From Bugula neritina (lineage: Eukaryota; Animalia; Bryozoa): a stretch of DNA of 64,000 nt. Of this stretch, positions 1-29,500 are shown one piece after another (position 1 is the stretch's first letter; every line of letters starts with the position of its first letter). The notes beneath the pieces are model-generated. The model was not told the DNA's origin. It saw only the letters and a list, made by a program, of their open reading frames with translations, and ran no database searches. A program made the translations under genes and the position numbers. The DNA lies in the NCBI GenBank assembly GCA_964035545.1, contig OZ037767.1, positions 17,667,781 to 17,731,780 of the forward strand. Direction: 5' to 3'.

Positions 1-10
1 ATTATATCTC

Positions 11-142
11 ACTGTGTAGTATTGTATTACTGTATAGTATTGTATTACTGTATAGTATTGTATTACTGTGTAGTATTGTATTACTGTATAGTATTGTATC
101 ACTGTATAGTATTGTATTACTGTATAGTATTATATTACTGCT
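11..142. repeat. Intronic 18-bp minisatellite (ACTGTATAGTATTGTATT)
   Basis: About 7 tandem copies just upstream of the HECTD1 acceptor at 155. Confidence 0.9.
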
Positions 143-155
143 GTATGGACTCCAG

Positions 156-15943
<15,788 letters not shown>

Positions 15944-16370
15944 TTTGTGTAGAGACAACTCCTAATTACTAAGCAGAGTTTAGGTGATAAATGTGACTAT
16001 TAGTTGACTGACTGCTACCACCTCTACTACTACTACTACTAGTACTAATACTACTAGTACTAATACTACTAGTACTAATACTACTAGTAATAATACTACT
16101 AGTACTAATACTACTAGTACTGATACTAGTAGTATTGGACAGTGTAATAATCTCATCAGTTGATGGCGTGCTTCGCTCTACTTTATACTGAACTGCATGT
16201 CAAAGCCTAAATTGCTGCTAAACTAAATATTCTTCTATGTGCTGTTCACCATGTTTATGGTGGCCTAGTAAATTAGTCAGTCATTGCAGTTAGTCTTAGC
16301 TTTGTTTCTCTGTTACACTCTACTTTATATCGCTTACCCACCATAGTTTTCTTTTTATGTATATTTTATA

Positions 16371-16376
16371 AATAAA
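16371..16376 (+). terminator. Likely polyadenylation signal of HECTD1
   Basis: AATAAA about 430 nt after the stop codon, followed by T/GT-rich sequence. Confidence 0.55.
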
Positions 16377-18660
16377 CATATTTTCATCAATACTTTTTGT
16401 TATATTTTAGTAAAATAAAATTTTTCAGCACCTTTCATATTTTTCCCATTCTTTACTATTGGGGGTTGTTTTTATATTAAATTGAAAGTAAAGCTTGTCT
16501 GTTATTATTGCTAATTATAAACTGAAGTGAAAGCTGTTTGTGCTACAAGGGAAAAAGTTGCCTTAAACCGGTGGCGAATGAAAATTTGTAAAATATTTCT
16601 TATGAGGAGATGAGAGTTGTGGCATCGTGCAGTATTTATTGGAAGAAGACAATTCCAAATATTTCACGTATTTATTTATGACGTTTATCACTATAAAAGT
16701 GTAGACATCTTATTCGTTGAAGAGTGATCATGTGACCATCTAGTGATAGGACTGGCATAACATTAGGTCAGGCAGAGACAAACCATTAGTTGCCAAGTGT
16801 GGAGCTTTTGGATTAAATAAACGACTAAAGAAAATTAAAAAAATTGTAAAATCATCAAAATTCAAAAAAAATTTCTATCCTTCATGTAAGGTAATTATAA
16901 TATGTTTTATTTTTCATTTCATTTCGTCCTTTATTTTGATTTTTTTTCACGGCTCTAGGAGTAGGTCCCTAGGCCTATCGCCATCGCTATGACAATCAGT
17001 ATCAGTATGACTATGACTTAGACTATGGCTAGGACTAGGAGTACCGGTATGAGTATAACTACGTATTTGACTATAACTGCATCACTATCAGTTAGTAATT
17101 GGAATGTTTCTCAATATATTTTGTTTGTCGTGTAATAAAAATGCATAACTGATAAAGACTATGTCTAGTAGTACTAGTACTCTAGCAGTACTCACTAGTA
17201 GTAGTACTAGTAGTAGCAGTAGTACTGTAGTAGTAGCAGTAATGGTAGTAGTATTACTACTAGTACTACTATTACGATTAGTAATACTACTACTAGTGGT
17301 GCTGCTAAGTGCTCATGCCTATTGCTATTGACATTGCTCATAGTCATAGTAATTGCTGATTGCATTTTCAATCTGAATCTTATTCAAAGAAAGTCTAACT
17401 GAGTAACTCCAGGTCTTAGAATTACTGTTAATGTGATAATCATAAAGAGTAAGCAATCTCACACTGTTAGCGGTATTGCCAATTAATAATATAGTGTGTG
17501 ACAAATTTATATCTAATATTTATCATTATGATTATGCCATCAGCAGGGTTTTCTATAAGATAGTTGGCTTATCAGATTGAGATAGTCATAGTAGTGCTTT
17601 CACTTTTATTCTGATGCAGCTGCACTTTCAGTTTTGTCAAAACTCAGGCTGATTAATTAACTGATTTAATTTCAAGACTATGCCAAATGCTTCTACTGTT
17701 TGTGCTAATCATAACTGAGCAACAGCAATTTGTACTGATTGGTGATGTTAATGAATGCCAGAAATGATAATGTCTGATGAGTGGAGAAGTTGCAATTGTC
17801 AGTGTTGTTCTGGTTGCCATTAGTGATGATTGTCTTACTACTATATTGTTATCAGTTGTATGACAGCTTTAGATGGTCTAGTCTACCACCTACCTAGTTC
17901 TATCAGGTTCGAATGGATACGCCTTCTCAAGATGTGAGCTCATCCTAATAAGACCATCTGTTGAATCAGTGTGTTTTTATTCTCAGCTATTTCAAATAGT
18001 GTTATTCAATCTACAGTTTAAGACTGGTATGGTACAGTGTCATATCTTGATACTTTGTCCTCTTCTCTTCCACTTGGTGGTCACAACGGCAGCAATGCCC
18101 ATCATTGTTTGTTATCAACAGTCCAGCCGTGCTGTGTTACTCTTGTGATGTTCTCTTCATTCAGTTTTGGGCCCAAAACATTTTTTATTGGTTTATGGTA
18201 CATTTTCCTGTCGTTATCTTTCAGTTCTTTCAAACCCATTTTATCTGTCTTAAGAACTTGAAGGTTATACGACTCCTCACCAAAAGTTTGTGTTACCTGT
18301 TCACCAGACAGACTAACTCCTGAGTCTTCTACTTGCCTCTCATAGCCATTCTGGCAGACATTATAGTTATATATAATTATGTCCCTCTGCTGTTGACATT
18401 ATCATACTGGAGATCAGAACTAATGTGAATAATGAGCATGTCATGTAATAGTGGTATTGATACCATAACATTTATAGACTAAAAATAGTAATAGTAGCAT
18501 TGTGATAAATTATTTTATATAGAATGCCATTGTTCTGCTAATTAAGTAATGAATAGTCGTTAGACACAGTGTGATTATAATTCTGTCTTTAAAATGGGAG
18601 TCATCTTCCTTGTGAATTAGACATTATCATCATATAATCAACATTAGTGATCTTTACATT

Positions 18661-19037
18661 CTATACTCTGTATTATACTACATATACTATACTCTGTATT
18701 ATACTACATATACTATACTCTGTATTATACTACATATACTGTACTCTGTATTATACTACATATACTATACTCGGTATTATACTACATATACTATACTCTG
18801 TATTATACTACATATACTATACTCTGTATTATACTACATATACTATACTCTGTATTATACTACATATACTATACTCTGTATTATACTACATATACTATAC
18901 TCTGTATTATACTACATATACTATACTCTGTATTATACTACATATACTATACTCTGTATTATACTACATATACTATACTCGGTATTATACTACATATACT
19001 ATACTCTGTATTATACTACATATACTATACTCTGTAT
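18661..19037. repeat. Intronic 26-bp minisatellite (TACTCTGTATTATACTACATATACTA) abutting the ZFAND acceptor
   Basis: About 14 copies ending at TATAG 19035-19039. Confidence 0.92.
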
Positions 19038-19119
19038 AGAGTGCTGGTTAAAGCAGGAAGACACGGTGAATGTGTACATCACATTGCCATCACACACTTG
19101 AGCTACTCCAGTCTTAGTT

Positions 19120-19851
19120 ATGGAAGACGATGGCAATCAGAACCTGGCGTCTTCCCTCTGCCAGGCGGGATGTGGCTTCTTTGGTAACGCTCAGTTTGAC
19201 GGCATGTGCAGCAAGTGTTACAAGGACTCTGTCAAACGCAAACAGGCCTCACCAAAAGATAGTTCCAGCGCTGTCTTTCCTGCTGCCTCTTCATCTGCCC
19301 CGACAGCAATACCCGACACCACCCCGAGTGTGGAGACAGCACAGCCTACAGTGGCCGTCACGTCGGTGAAGAGAGAAGGGGGTGCAGGGGTGGCTGCTGC
19401 TACGTCAGACGGCTCAATCTTAGTAGACAAAGTTGAAGCTGCGTCTAGCAATTCCTTGGCTGCTAGTGAAGAAGCCAGCAATGAGAGTCCAACCAAATGT
19501 AAGCGCAACAGGTGCTACACCTGTAAGAAGAAGGTTGGTTTGACAGGTGGGTGCAGGTGATTGACCTGTGTTGTACTTCTAACAACTACTATGTATCATC
19601 TATATTATATTTTTACTAGAATACACTGCACAACATACTTATACTGCGTTACTTATATACACCAGCACAACATACTTATACTGCGTTACTTATATACACC
19701 AGGGTTTGAGTGCAGATGCGGAGGCACGTTCTGCAGCATACATCGGTATTCAGATAAACATGGATGTCAGTTCGACTACAAGGAGCACGGTGCTGACCAC
19801 ATAAGGAAAACCAACCCACTCGTTGTCAGCTCCAAAGTACAAAAACTGTAA
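19120..19851 (+). CDS. ZFAND5/6: AN1-type zinc finger protein 5/6 (A20 + AN1 zinc fingers), 191 aa. Coding exons 19120-19546 and 19703-19851; probable upstream non-coding exon ending near 16891
   Basis: A20 finger [22 protein letters not shown]; AN1 finger [13 protein letters not shown]|[38 protein letters not shown]; phase-1 GT-AG intron; AATAAA at 20162. Confidence 0.95.
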
Positions 19852-20467
19852 TCACCTGAAGACAACTCCAAAGTTAATAAAACTCTTGATTTGATCACCA
19901 GCCAACATGAGAGAGAATAACTCCTGTACCATAGGAAATTAAATAATTATTAGTTAAACTAAAGGGAGATAACTCCATGCTTCCAGTGACTCTAGAGAGA
20001 GAGAGAGTATGCCACTTCTATGCTGCTAGTTCTGCGTCTATTAATAAGTGAAGCAACTCATTTTCTTAGTGAATCAGTTGCTTTAACAACCAACTACCTT
20101 TCCAAGTTATATAACAAATATATTTCAGTAGCAATCTTATATATTATTTTATTTATATTACAATAAATGGCAATTGAAATCACTTGAATTGCTAAAAAGC
20201 TTGATTAATGCTTTACATCACATCTGATCCCATGTATTTATATTCATTGTGATACAACCTCAGCTTTCCTATTTATTTGTTCAATTAAACAGGGAATGTC
20301 CCTGACATGATTTAGAGCATGATTACTTTCACTACATGACGTTGAAAACCACACATATTTGAATCACTCATTTGTGTCCATATCGGCTACAAATAAAAAG
20401 ACATGCCTTCAAAATGCGGGAATATAGAGACGAAAAATGCACGAGTGTAACTCGAGTGTTGCGGTGG

Positions 20468-21633
20468 TTATCTGTAGGGACGGTAGGTGAACCCTGCGTA
20501 CTTGTCAGAGTGAGACGGGAAGACTCTGCTAATTATTGTCTTGACTGAGTTCCTACATTTGTAAAGAGCAAAGCCCACGAGGATGGTGGCCCCCAGCCCG
20601 AGTAGGAGCATTTCCACGCTGTTGGATTGAGTCTTTGGGTTAACTGTCTGGTATGTGGCTTCCTACAGTACAAAGTAGCTTTTATGAGAAAAGTGCAGAT
20701 TTTGTGTTTAAAAAATCATAGCCTATTCTAAAACATGTTTTCTTGTACTACAATCACACTATTAGTTCACAGAAAGAAACACAGCAACTGGTGATTTCCC
20801 CTGGCAACATGTCAACATGAGAGCACAGCTACTGACCACAATTTTCCTCTCGGCATCTTTCAGCACAGTTAGATTGACAACATCACCAGCTGTTTTGAAC
20901 ATTGTAACAGCCATTCTGTGTGATATATTCTCCATGGACTGCCCATTTATCTACATACATATCTACATGTAAGTACAATGATATCTACATGTAAGTACAA
21001 TGATATCTACATGTAAGTACAATGATATCTACATGTAAGTACAATGATATCTACATGTAAGTACAATGATGTCTACAAGTAAGTACAATGATATCCAAGT
21101 TGTAATACGAGATCATCCAACTCTGTCAATAGTGATCAACTTATCATTTTATTAGATAACTGCTGAGTCTCGTTATTTCCTTGGCGAATAAAAACATTTC
21201 ACAGTTATGCCCAATACTCGTTGGCAATTATTAAATTTAAACAAAATATTTACTAAGTACGTGAAATCAGATATCATCTGGCTTGCTCAGTTGGGTGAAG
21301 AATGAGTACCTTTAGTATTTTGTCCCCCTCAGATAGACGACCGTCGTTAGCAGCTGCTCCATCTTCTCTAATCTTAGTAACAAACACCCCACTGTCTTCT
21401 GGTATGTGTGGCATGTCATACCCCCCTCTTATGTTGAACCCCAGACCCTCTGCAAACATTAAATGATTACATGGCAAAAGAACACCGAACAGTTAATCAG
21501 CTGATGCTGATAGTAACTCTAAAGTACTTGCTAACTCACCTGTTTCAGTTCTGTACAAGACAATGTCAATAATTTCTCCATTGATCTTGGACCGAGTCGG
21601 CCGGCCGTTAGCATTCGTATATTTTTTCTGCAT
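20468..21633 (-). CDS. SYNJ2BP: Synaptojanin-2-binding protein / OMP25-like (PDZ + C-terminal transmembrane anchor), about 180 aa. Exons (minus): 21633-21540, 21449-21310, 20950-20837, 20662-20468
   Basis: PDZ motif [47 protein letters not shown]...[15 protein letters not shown] followed by hydrophobic [17 protein letters not shown] plus basic residues; GT-AG introns in phase. Start codon choice is inferred. Confidence 0.88.
20948..21095. repeat. 22-bp minisatellite in a SYNJ2BP intron containing acceptor-like ATGTAG|ATA (minus strand)
   Basis: About 6 copies of ATATCTACATGTAAGTACAATG. Confidence 0.88.
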
Positions 21634-21898
21634 TGCCAATTTGAAGAAACTAGTATTCTGACTCTCTAAGATTAGAGTACGTTCACTCACTGTGGCTTAC
21701 TATGGCTAGTAACTCTCCAAGTTCACCTTCTTTGATTTGACTTATTTGCTAGACTCACTCTCAGAGCTAGCACTACTACAACAAGAAAGTAATGAACAGA
21801 CCGAGCCTTAGTCCTACGTTCCTTCAAGATCTAGTTAGTAGTAACTGAAACTGCTAGCAATGTATAGCTATACCATAAGTATAAGTTACTAAGCAGAC

Positions 21899-22080
21899 AA
21901 GGTTTAACGGTTAGAGTGTTTGCTTAATTAACACGAAATCATGGGTTTAAACCTCGACAAAGGCCATTGGTGATGTTAGGAAGAGCATTCAGTCATAATT
22001 GGTCATGTGCCACATCTGAATAAGTCCTTAGCCCACTTTAACAAAAACCCTTTCCATCAGATGCTTCTTACAGGGATAGT
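21899..22080 (+). mobile_element. Possible degenerate tRNA-derived SINE
   Basis: A-box-like AGGTTTAACGGTTAGAGTG and B-box-like GGGTTTAAACCTCG at tRNA spacing, followed by a GC-richer body embedded in AT-rich intergenic DNA; no intact cloverleaf and no target-site duplication seen. Confidence 0.35.
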
Positions 22081-23538
22081 TTATAAGTTACTAAGCATTA
22101 GCCTTAGGTGATTATTACTATCACTATGTAATACTAAACATAATACAAGCAGTAATAGCCAATAACTAATGAGTAATCCTAATAAATAAGTAGTAAATAT
22201 AACTTAGTAATTGATATTGAGTATCACTATTACCATAAGTATACTAATAGTAATAGTAATACAGTATAGTTATAGTAATTGCATAACTTCAACTATTACT
22301 ATAACTGTAAAAGCATAACCATAGGATAAGTCACTGTCAGTATTCAGAAGTACCAGTATGTCAACAATTTTGTAAGACCAATTGCCAATTGGTAATTGAG
22401 ACTGAGTACAAAAAATCAAATAATATATAACTTTAAGTTAATATTATAGTTGCACTCATACTGATAGTAATTATTATTACATTTAGGTTTACTACTAAAC
22501 CTAATACTAATAGTAATAGTAATATTATTAGTAGTAGTATTGAGACTTATAATAGTAATACTAATACTCTAAGTCTAATACTAATCTCATAGAGTCATAG
22601 TAATAATAATACTAATAGTAAATAAATAATACTATTAGTATTACTTCAAGTATAATTAAATATTAAATACTAAAACTTATAACTTCAACTTGTAAGACAA
22701 GTAATACTTCTCTTTTAATAATAATACTATTATTATTATAAGACAAGTATTACTTGTCCTATAGCCTATAGGCTATAGTTAATAGTATAAGTATAAGTTA
22801 TAAGTTTTAGTATTTAATATTTATCATTCATTTTATATTAGTATTAGGAGCTTCATTATTATAAATAATAATGATGGTTGCAAAAGAGAATTGAGACGGT
22901 GTGCAAATGGCATACACAATGTAGTTATTGTAATGCATTTGGGCCAATGAAAATATAGAATCACAAAAGTAAAACTGAAATGCAAAGGAAAATGACATTA
23001 TCCCCTAAAATGTATTAAAATATTGATTGGGGCAGCTGTAGCGGATATTCATTGCATGCATGGTTTGGACTGTTGGAAAGACAACTTCATATCAAAAACT
23101 TACTGCCTAACACGGTATTGGTATATTTAATATTAGATTAGCATTTATTTACTTGTCATTTTGTATTCAATTAAAGTGATACTGTCAAATAGTATTTGTA
23201 CTCGTTAGTCAAACATTTGAACACATCTTTCAGCTGCAGAGCTTAATCGTATTAAATTTCAATGAAAAAGACCAACACTCCAAGAAACCAACAGATGATT
23301 GTTTTGTTAGTTTGGAGTTATCTTTTTAAAGTTGCAAGTTGACATTTTTACGGACATAAAAAAGTGGAGTTGAGTAAAATACGCAAAAAAATTTATTTAT
23401 AATGTCTTATAAAGTTTTAATTACATCAACAATGATACTTTATCTAAAAAACAAAATTCAAACTATTTATCAATTGTAATATGTCAATAGAGATACGCGC
23501 ACCCCTTTTTCCGGTTGAAAATAATTGAAAAAGTCAAA

Positions 23539-26500
23539 ATGGCATCCCATTCTAAACGCGACATTATACCTGAAGACCTGTTGAAAACGATTGAATTCGA
23601 GACTTCAGAAGATGTTGACGTTACTCCAACATTTGACTCGCTTAACTTGAAAGACGACCTTCTAAGAGGAATATATGCCTATGGTAACATGTACTTTTTC
23701 AATGTAGTATCGCATTCACTGTAAGTGTATCAGTATCACGGACTATCAGTATGAGTACAACAAGTTCAAGTTGTACTGACTACTACTAGTACTGTCACTC
23801 ACAGTCAGTGTCACACTGACACTGAGTTGGTCTTTCTGACAGTGACTGTCAGTATGAGTGACCGAGTGTCGTAGTGGTGGTACCATTACTACTACTAGGT
23901 CTATTAGTACTACTATTCACTACTACTAGTAGTAGTACTATTACTCACTACTGAGCTGTCTACGCCGTCTACACTCTACTGTAAAGCTAAACATAGTAGT
24001 AGTACTTAGTACTACTACTAGAGTACTACTACTAGTACTAGTAGTAGTAGCCTGAAGTTTTCAATGTTGATGTTAACATTTATTTAGTTATTCATAATCA
24101 TGATGTTAATGAATAACAATGTTACCGCTATAAATTTAATTTTATTACAGTTTACTTCTTTTATTCCCATTTATTTTTTATGTTCCCAACACTAGTCTCT
24201 ATCTCAAACTCTCACAATAATATTCAATAGCAAAATGAAATCTCTATTAGTATTAGTGATTTGGTCTATAGCTGTAACAGACTACAAGTATAAGTTACAC
24301 TTAAAGTAAAAGACTGGCGACGAGAATATAGGAGTCTCATGAAATTAGACTCATTAATATATTATTTTTAGTTGATGTTATACGGTTGGAAGCAATTAAT
24401 AAGAAAACATTAACGTGATGATGGAAGGCTACAGTTTTAGTTTAAATAATCTATCATGAAGCCGCTCTGATGGTAATGATCAGCCTTATATATTATGTAT
24501 TGACAGGGTTTGAAAAGCCTTCGGCCATTCAGCAGAGAGCAATCAAGCAGATAGTGAAGGGGAGAGATGTGATAGCACAGTAAGTCAGCTGACCTTGTTA
24601 CAACATACTTCCTAGCCACTGCTGTTGACTGGCGGTTGAATTGTGGTGGGGTTTATTTGCAGGGCTCAGTCAGGGACGGGTAAAACAGCCACCTTCTCGA
24701 TCTCCTCCCTCCAGGCTCTGGATACACAGCTAAGAGAAACTCAGGTGTTGGTGTTGTCTCCCACCAGAGAGCTGGCAGGTCAAATACAGAAGGTGAGCTA
24801 CTCGTGCTATGTATCCCGCGCTCTGTGAATATGTGTCTACTCTGTGTTACTATGCAACGCTCACTCTATCCCTTTGTACACCAGGTGATCCTGGCACTGG
24901 GGGACTACATGAGTGTGCAGTGTCACACCTGCATAGGCGGCACCAACATAGGGGAGGACATCCGCAAGCTCGACTACGGCCAGCACATAGTCTCCGGGAC
25001 TCCTGGTCGCGTCTTCGACATGATTAGAAGACGCAATCTCAGAACTCGATCTATCAAGATGTTCATCCTGGACGAGGCAGATGAGATGCTGAACAAGGGG
25101 TTCAAGGAGCAGATCTACGACGTCTACCGCTACCTGCCCCCCGCCACTCAGGTGGTGCTGCTGTCAGCCACGCTGCCTCATGAGATCCTAGAGATGACTC
25201 AGAAGTTCATGACTGATCCAGTTAGAATTCTAGTCAAACGGTCAGCACCAGTATTACATCACTCCTTCTTGTGTACTCCACGTATTACATCACTCCTTCT
25301 TGTGTACTCCACGTATTACATCACTTCTTGTGTACTCCACGTATTACATCACTCCTTTTTGTGTTCTCTACGTATTACATCACTCCTTCTTGTGTACTCC
25401 ACGTATTACATCACTCCTTCCTGTGTACTCCACGTATTACATCACTCCTTCTTGTGTACTCCACGTATTACATCACTCCTTCTTGTGTACTCCACGTATT
25501 ACATCACTCCTTCTCCTCTCTTGCAGTGATGAATTGACTCTGGAAGGAATCAAGCAGTTCTTTGTTGCTGTGGAGAGAGAAGAGTGGAAGTTTGACACGC
25601 TGTGTGACCTTTACGATACCCTCACCATCACGCAGGCCGTTATCTTCTGCAACACTAAGAGGAAAGTAGACTGGCTGACCGAGAAGATGAAGGTATATCT
25701 CTAACTGTATATTATATTCATATAGTATATCTAACTGTATATTATATTCATATAGTATATCTAACTGTATATTATATTCATATAATATCTCTAACAGTAT
25801 ATTATATTCATATAGTATATCTAACTGTATATTATATTCATATAGTATATCTCTAACTGTATATTATATTCATATAGTATATCTAACTGTATATTATATT
25901 CATATAGTATCTCTAACTGTATATTATATTCATATAGTATATCTAACTGTATATTATATTCATATAGTATATCTAACTGTATATTATATTCATATAGTAT
26001 CTCTAACTGTATATTATATTCATATAGTATATCTAACTGTATATTATATTCATATAGTATATCTAACTGTATATTATATTCATATAGTATATCTAACTGT
26101 ATATTATATTCATATAGTATCTCTAACAGTATATTATATTCATATAGTATCTCTAACTGTATATTATATTCATATAGTATCTCTAACTGTATATTATATT
26201 CATATAGTATCTCTAACTGTATATTATATTCATATAGTATATCTAACTGTATATTATATTCATATAATATCTCTAACAGTATATTATATTCATATAGTAT
26301 ATCTAACTGTATATTATATTCATATAGTATATCTAACTGTATATAATATTCATATAGTATCTCTAACTGTATATTATATTCATATAGTATATCTAACAGT
26401 ATATTATATTCATATAGTATCTCTAACTGTATATTATATTCATATAGTATATCTAACTGTATATTATATTCATATAGTATCTCTAACTGTATATTATATT

Positions 26501-29500
26501 CATATAATATCTCTAACAGTATATTATATTCATATAGTATATCTAACTGTATATTATATTCATATAGTATATCTAACTGTATATTATATTCATATAGTAT
26601 ATCTAACTGTATATTATATTCATATAGTATCTCTAACAGTATATTATATTCATATAGTATATCTAACTGTATATTATATTCATATAGTATCTCTAACTGT
26701 ATATTATATTCATATAATATCTCTAACAGTATATTATATTCCTATAGTATATCTAACAGTATATTATATTCATATAGTATCTCTAACTGTATATTATATT
26801 CATATAGTATCTCTAACTGTATATTATATTCATATAGTATATCTAACTGTATATTATATTCATATAGTATATCTAACTGTATATTATATTCATATAATAT
26901 CTCTAACAGTATATTATATTCATATAGTATATCTAACAGTATATTATATTCATATAGTATCTCTAACTGTATATTATATTCATATAGTATATCTAACTGT
27001 ATATTATATTCATATAGTATATCTAACTGTATATTATATTCATATAATATCTCTAACAGTATATTATATTCCTATAGTATATCTAACAGTATATTATATT
27101 CATATAGTATCTCTAACTGTATATTATATTCATATAGTATCTCTAACTGTATATTATATTCATATAGTATCTCTAACTGTATATTATATTCATATAATAT
27201 ATCTAACTGTATATTATATTCATATAGTATCTCTAACTGTATATTATATTCATATAGTATATCTAACTGTATATTATATTCATATAGTATATCTAACTGT
27301 ATATTATATTCATATAGTATATCTAACTGTATATTATATTCATATAGTATATCTAACTGTATATTATATTCATATAGTATATCTAACTGTATATTATATT
27401 CATATAGTATATCTCTAACTGTATATTATATTCATATAGTATATCTAACTGTATATTATATTCATATAGTATATCTAACTGTATATTATATTCATATAGT
27501 ATCTCTAACTGTATATTATATTCATATAGTATCTCTAACTGTATATTATATTCATATAGTATCTCTAACTGTATATTATATTCATATAGTATATCTAACA
27601 GTATATTATATTCATATAGTATCTCTAACTGTATATTATATTCATATAGTATATCTAACTGTATATTATATTCATATAGTATCTCTAACTGTATATTATA
27701 TTCATATAGTATATCTAACTGTATATTATATTCATATAGTATCTCTAACTGTATATTATATTCATATAGTATCTCTAACTGTATATTATATTCATATAGT
27801 ATATCTAACAGTATATTATATTCATATAGTATATCTAACTGTATATTATATTCATATAGTATATCTAACAGTATATTATATTCATATAGTATCTCTAACA
27901 GTATATTATATTCATATAGTATCTCTAGCAGTATATTATATTCATATAGTATATCTAACTGTATATTATATTCATATAGTATCTCTAACAGTATATTATA
28001 TTCATATAGTATCTCTAACTGTATATTATATTCATATAGTATATCTAACTGTATATTATATTCATATAGTATCTCTAACTGTATATTATATTCATATAGT
28101 ATATCTAACAGTATATTATATTCATATAGTATCTCTAACTGTATATTATATTCATATAGTATATCTAACTGTATATTATATTCATATAATATATCTAACT
28201 GTATATTATATTCATATAGTATCTCTAACTGTATATTATATTCATATAGTATATCTAACAGTATATTATATTCATATAGTATCTCTAACTGTATATTATA
28301 TTCATATAGTATATCTAACTGTATATTATATTCATATAATATATCTAACTGTATATTATATTCATATAATATCTCTAACTGTATATTATAATCATATAGT
28401 ATCTCTAGCAGTATATTATATTCATATAGTATATCTAACTGTATATTATATTCATATAGTATATCTCTAACTGTATATTATATTCATATAGTATCTCTAA
28501 CAGTATATTATATTCATATAGTATATCTAACTGTATATTATATTCATATAATATCTCTAACTGTATATTATATTCATATAGTATATCTAACTGTATATTA
28601 TATTCATATAGTATCTCTAACTGTATATTATATTCATATAATATCTCTAACAGTATATTATATTCATATAGTATATCTAACTGTATATTATATTCATATA
28701 GTATATCTAACTGTATATTATATTCATATAATATCTCTAACTGTATATTATATTCATATAGTATCTCTAGCAGTATATTATATTCATATAGTATATCTAA
28801 CTGTATATTATATTCATATAGTATATCTAACTGTATATTATATTCATATAGTATATCTAACAGTATATTATATTCATATAGTATATCTAACTGTATATTA
28901 TATTCATATAGTATCTCTAACTGTATATTATATTCATATAGTATATCTAACTGTATATTATATTCATATAGTATATCTAACTGTATATTATATTCATATA
29001 GTATCTCTAACAGTATATTATATTCATATAATATCTCTAACTGTATATTATATTCATATAGTATATCTCTAACTGTATATTATATTCATATAGTATCTCT
29101 AACAGTATATTATATTCATATAGTATATCTAACTGTATATTATATTCATATAATATCTCTAACTGTATATTATATTCATATAGTATATCTAACTGTATAT
29201 TATATTCATATAGTATCTCTAACTGTATATTATATTCATATAATATCTCTAACAGTATATTATATTCATATAGTATATCTAACTGTATATTATATTCATA
29301 TAGTATATCTAACTGTATATTATATTCATATAGTATATCTAACAGTATATTATATTCATATAGTATATCTAACTGTATATTATATTCATATAGTATCTCT
29401 AACTGTATATTATATTCATATAGTATATCTAACTGTATATTATATTCATATAGTATATCTAACTGTATATTATATTCATATAGTATCTCTAACAGTATAT

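Noticed and set aside
18000-18360. Minus-strand open frame of about 85 codons in the probable first ZFAND intron
   Set aside because: No recognisable domain, no convincing splice partners or start; could be a decayed fragment but is unsupported.
21899-21975. Functional tRNA gene
   Set aside because: T-loop is degenerate (GTTTAAAC) and no intact cloverleaf stems could be built.
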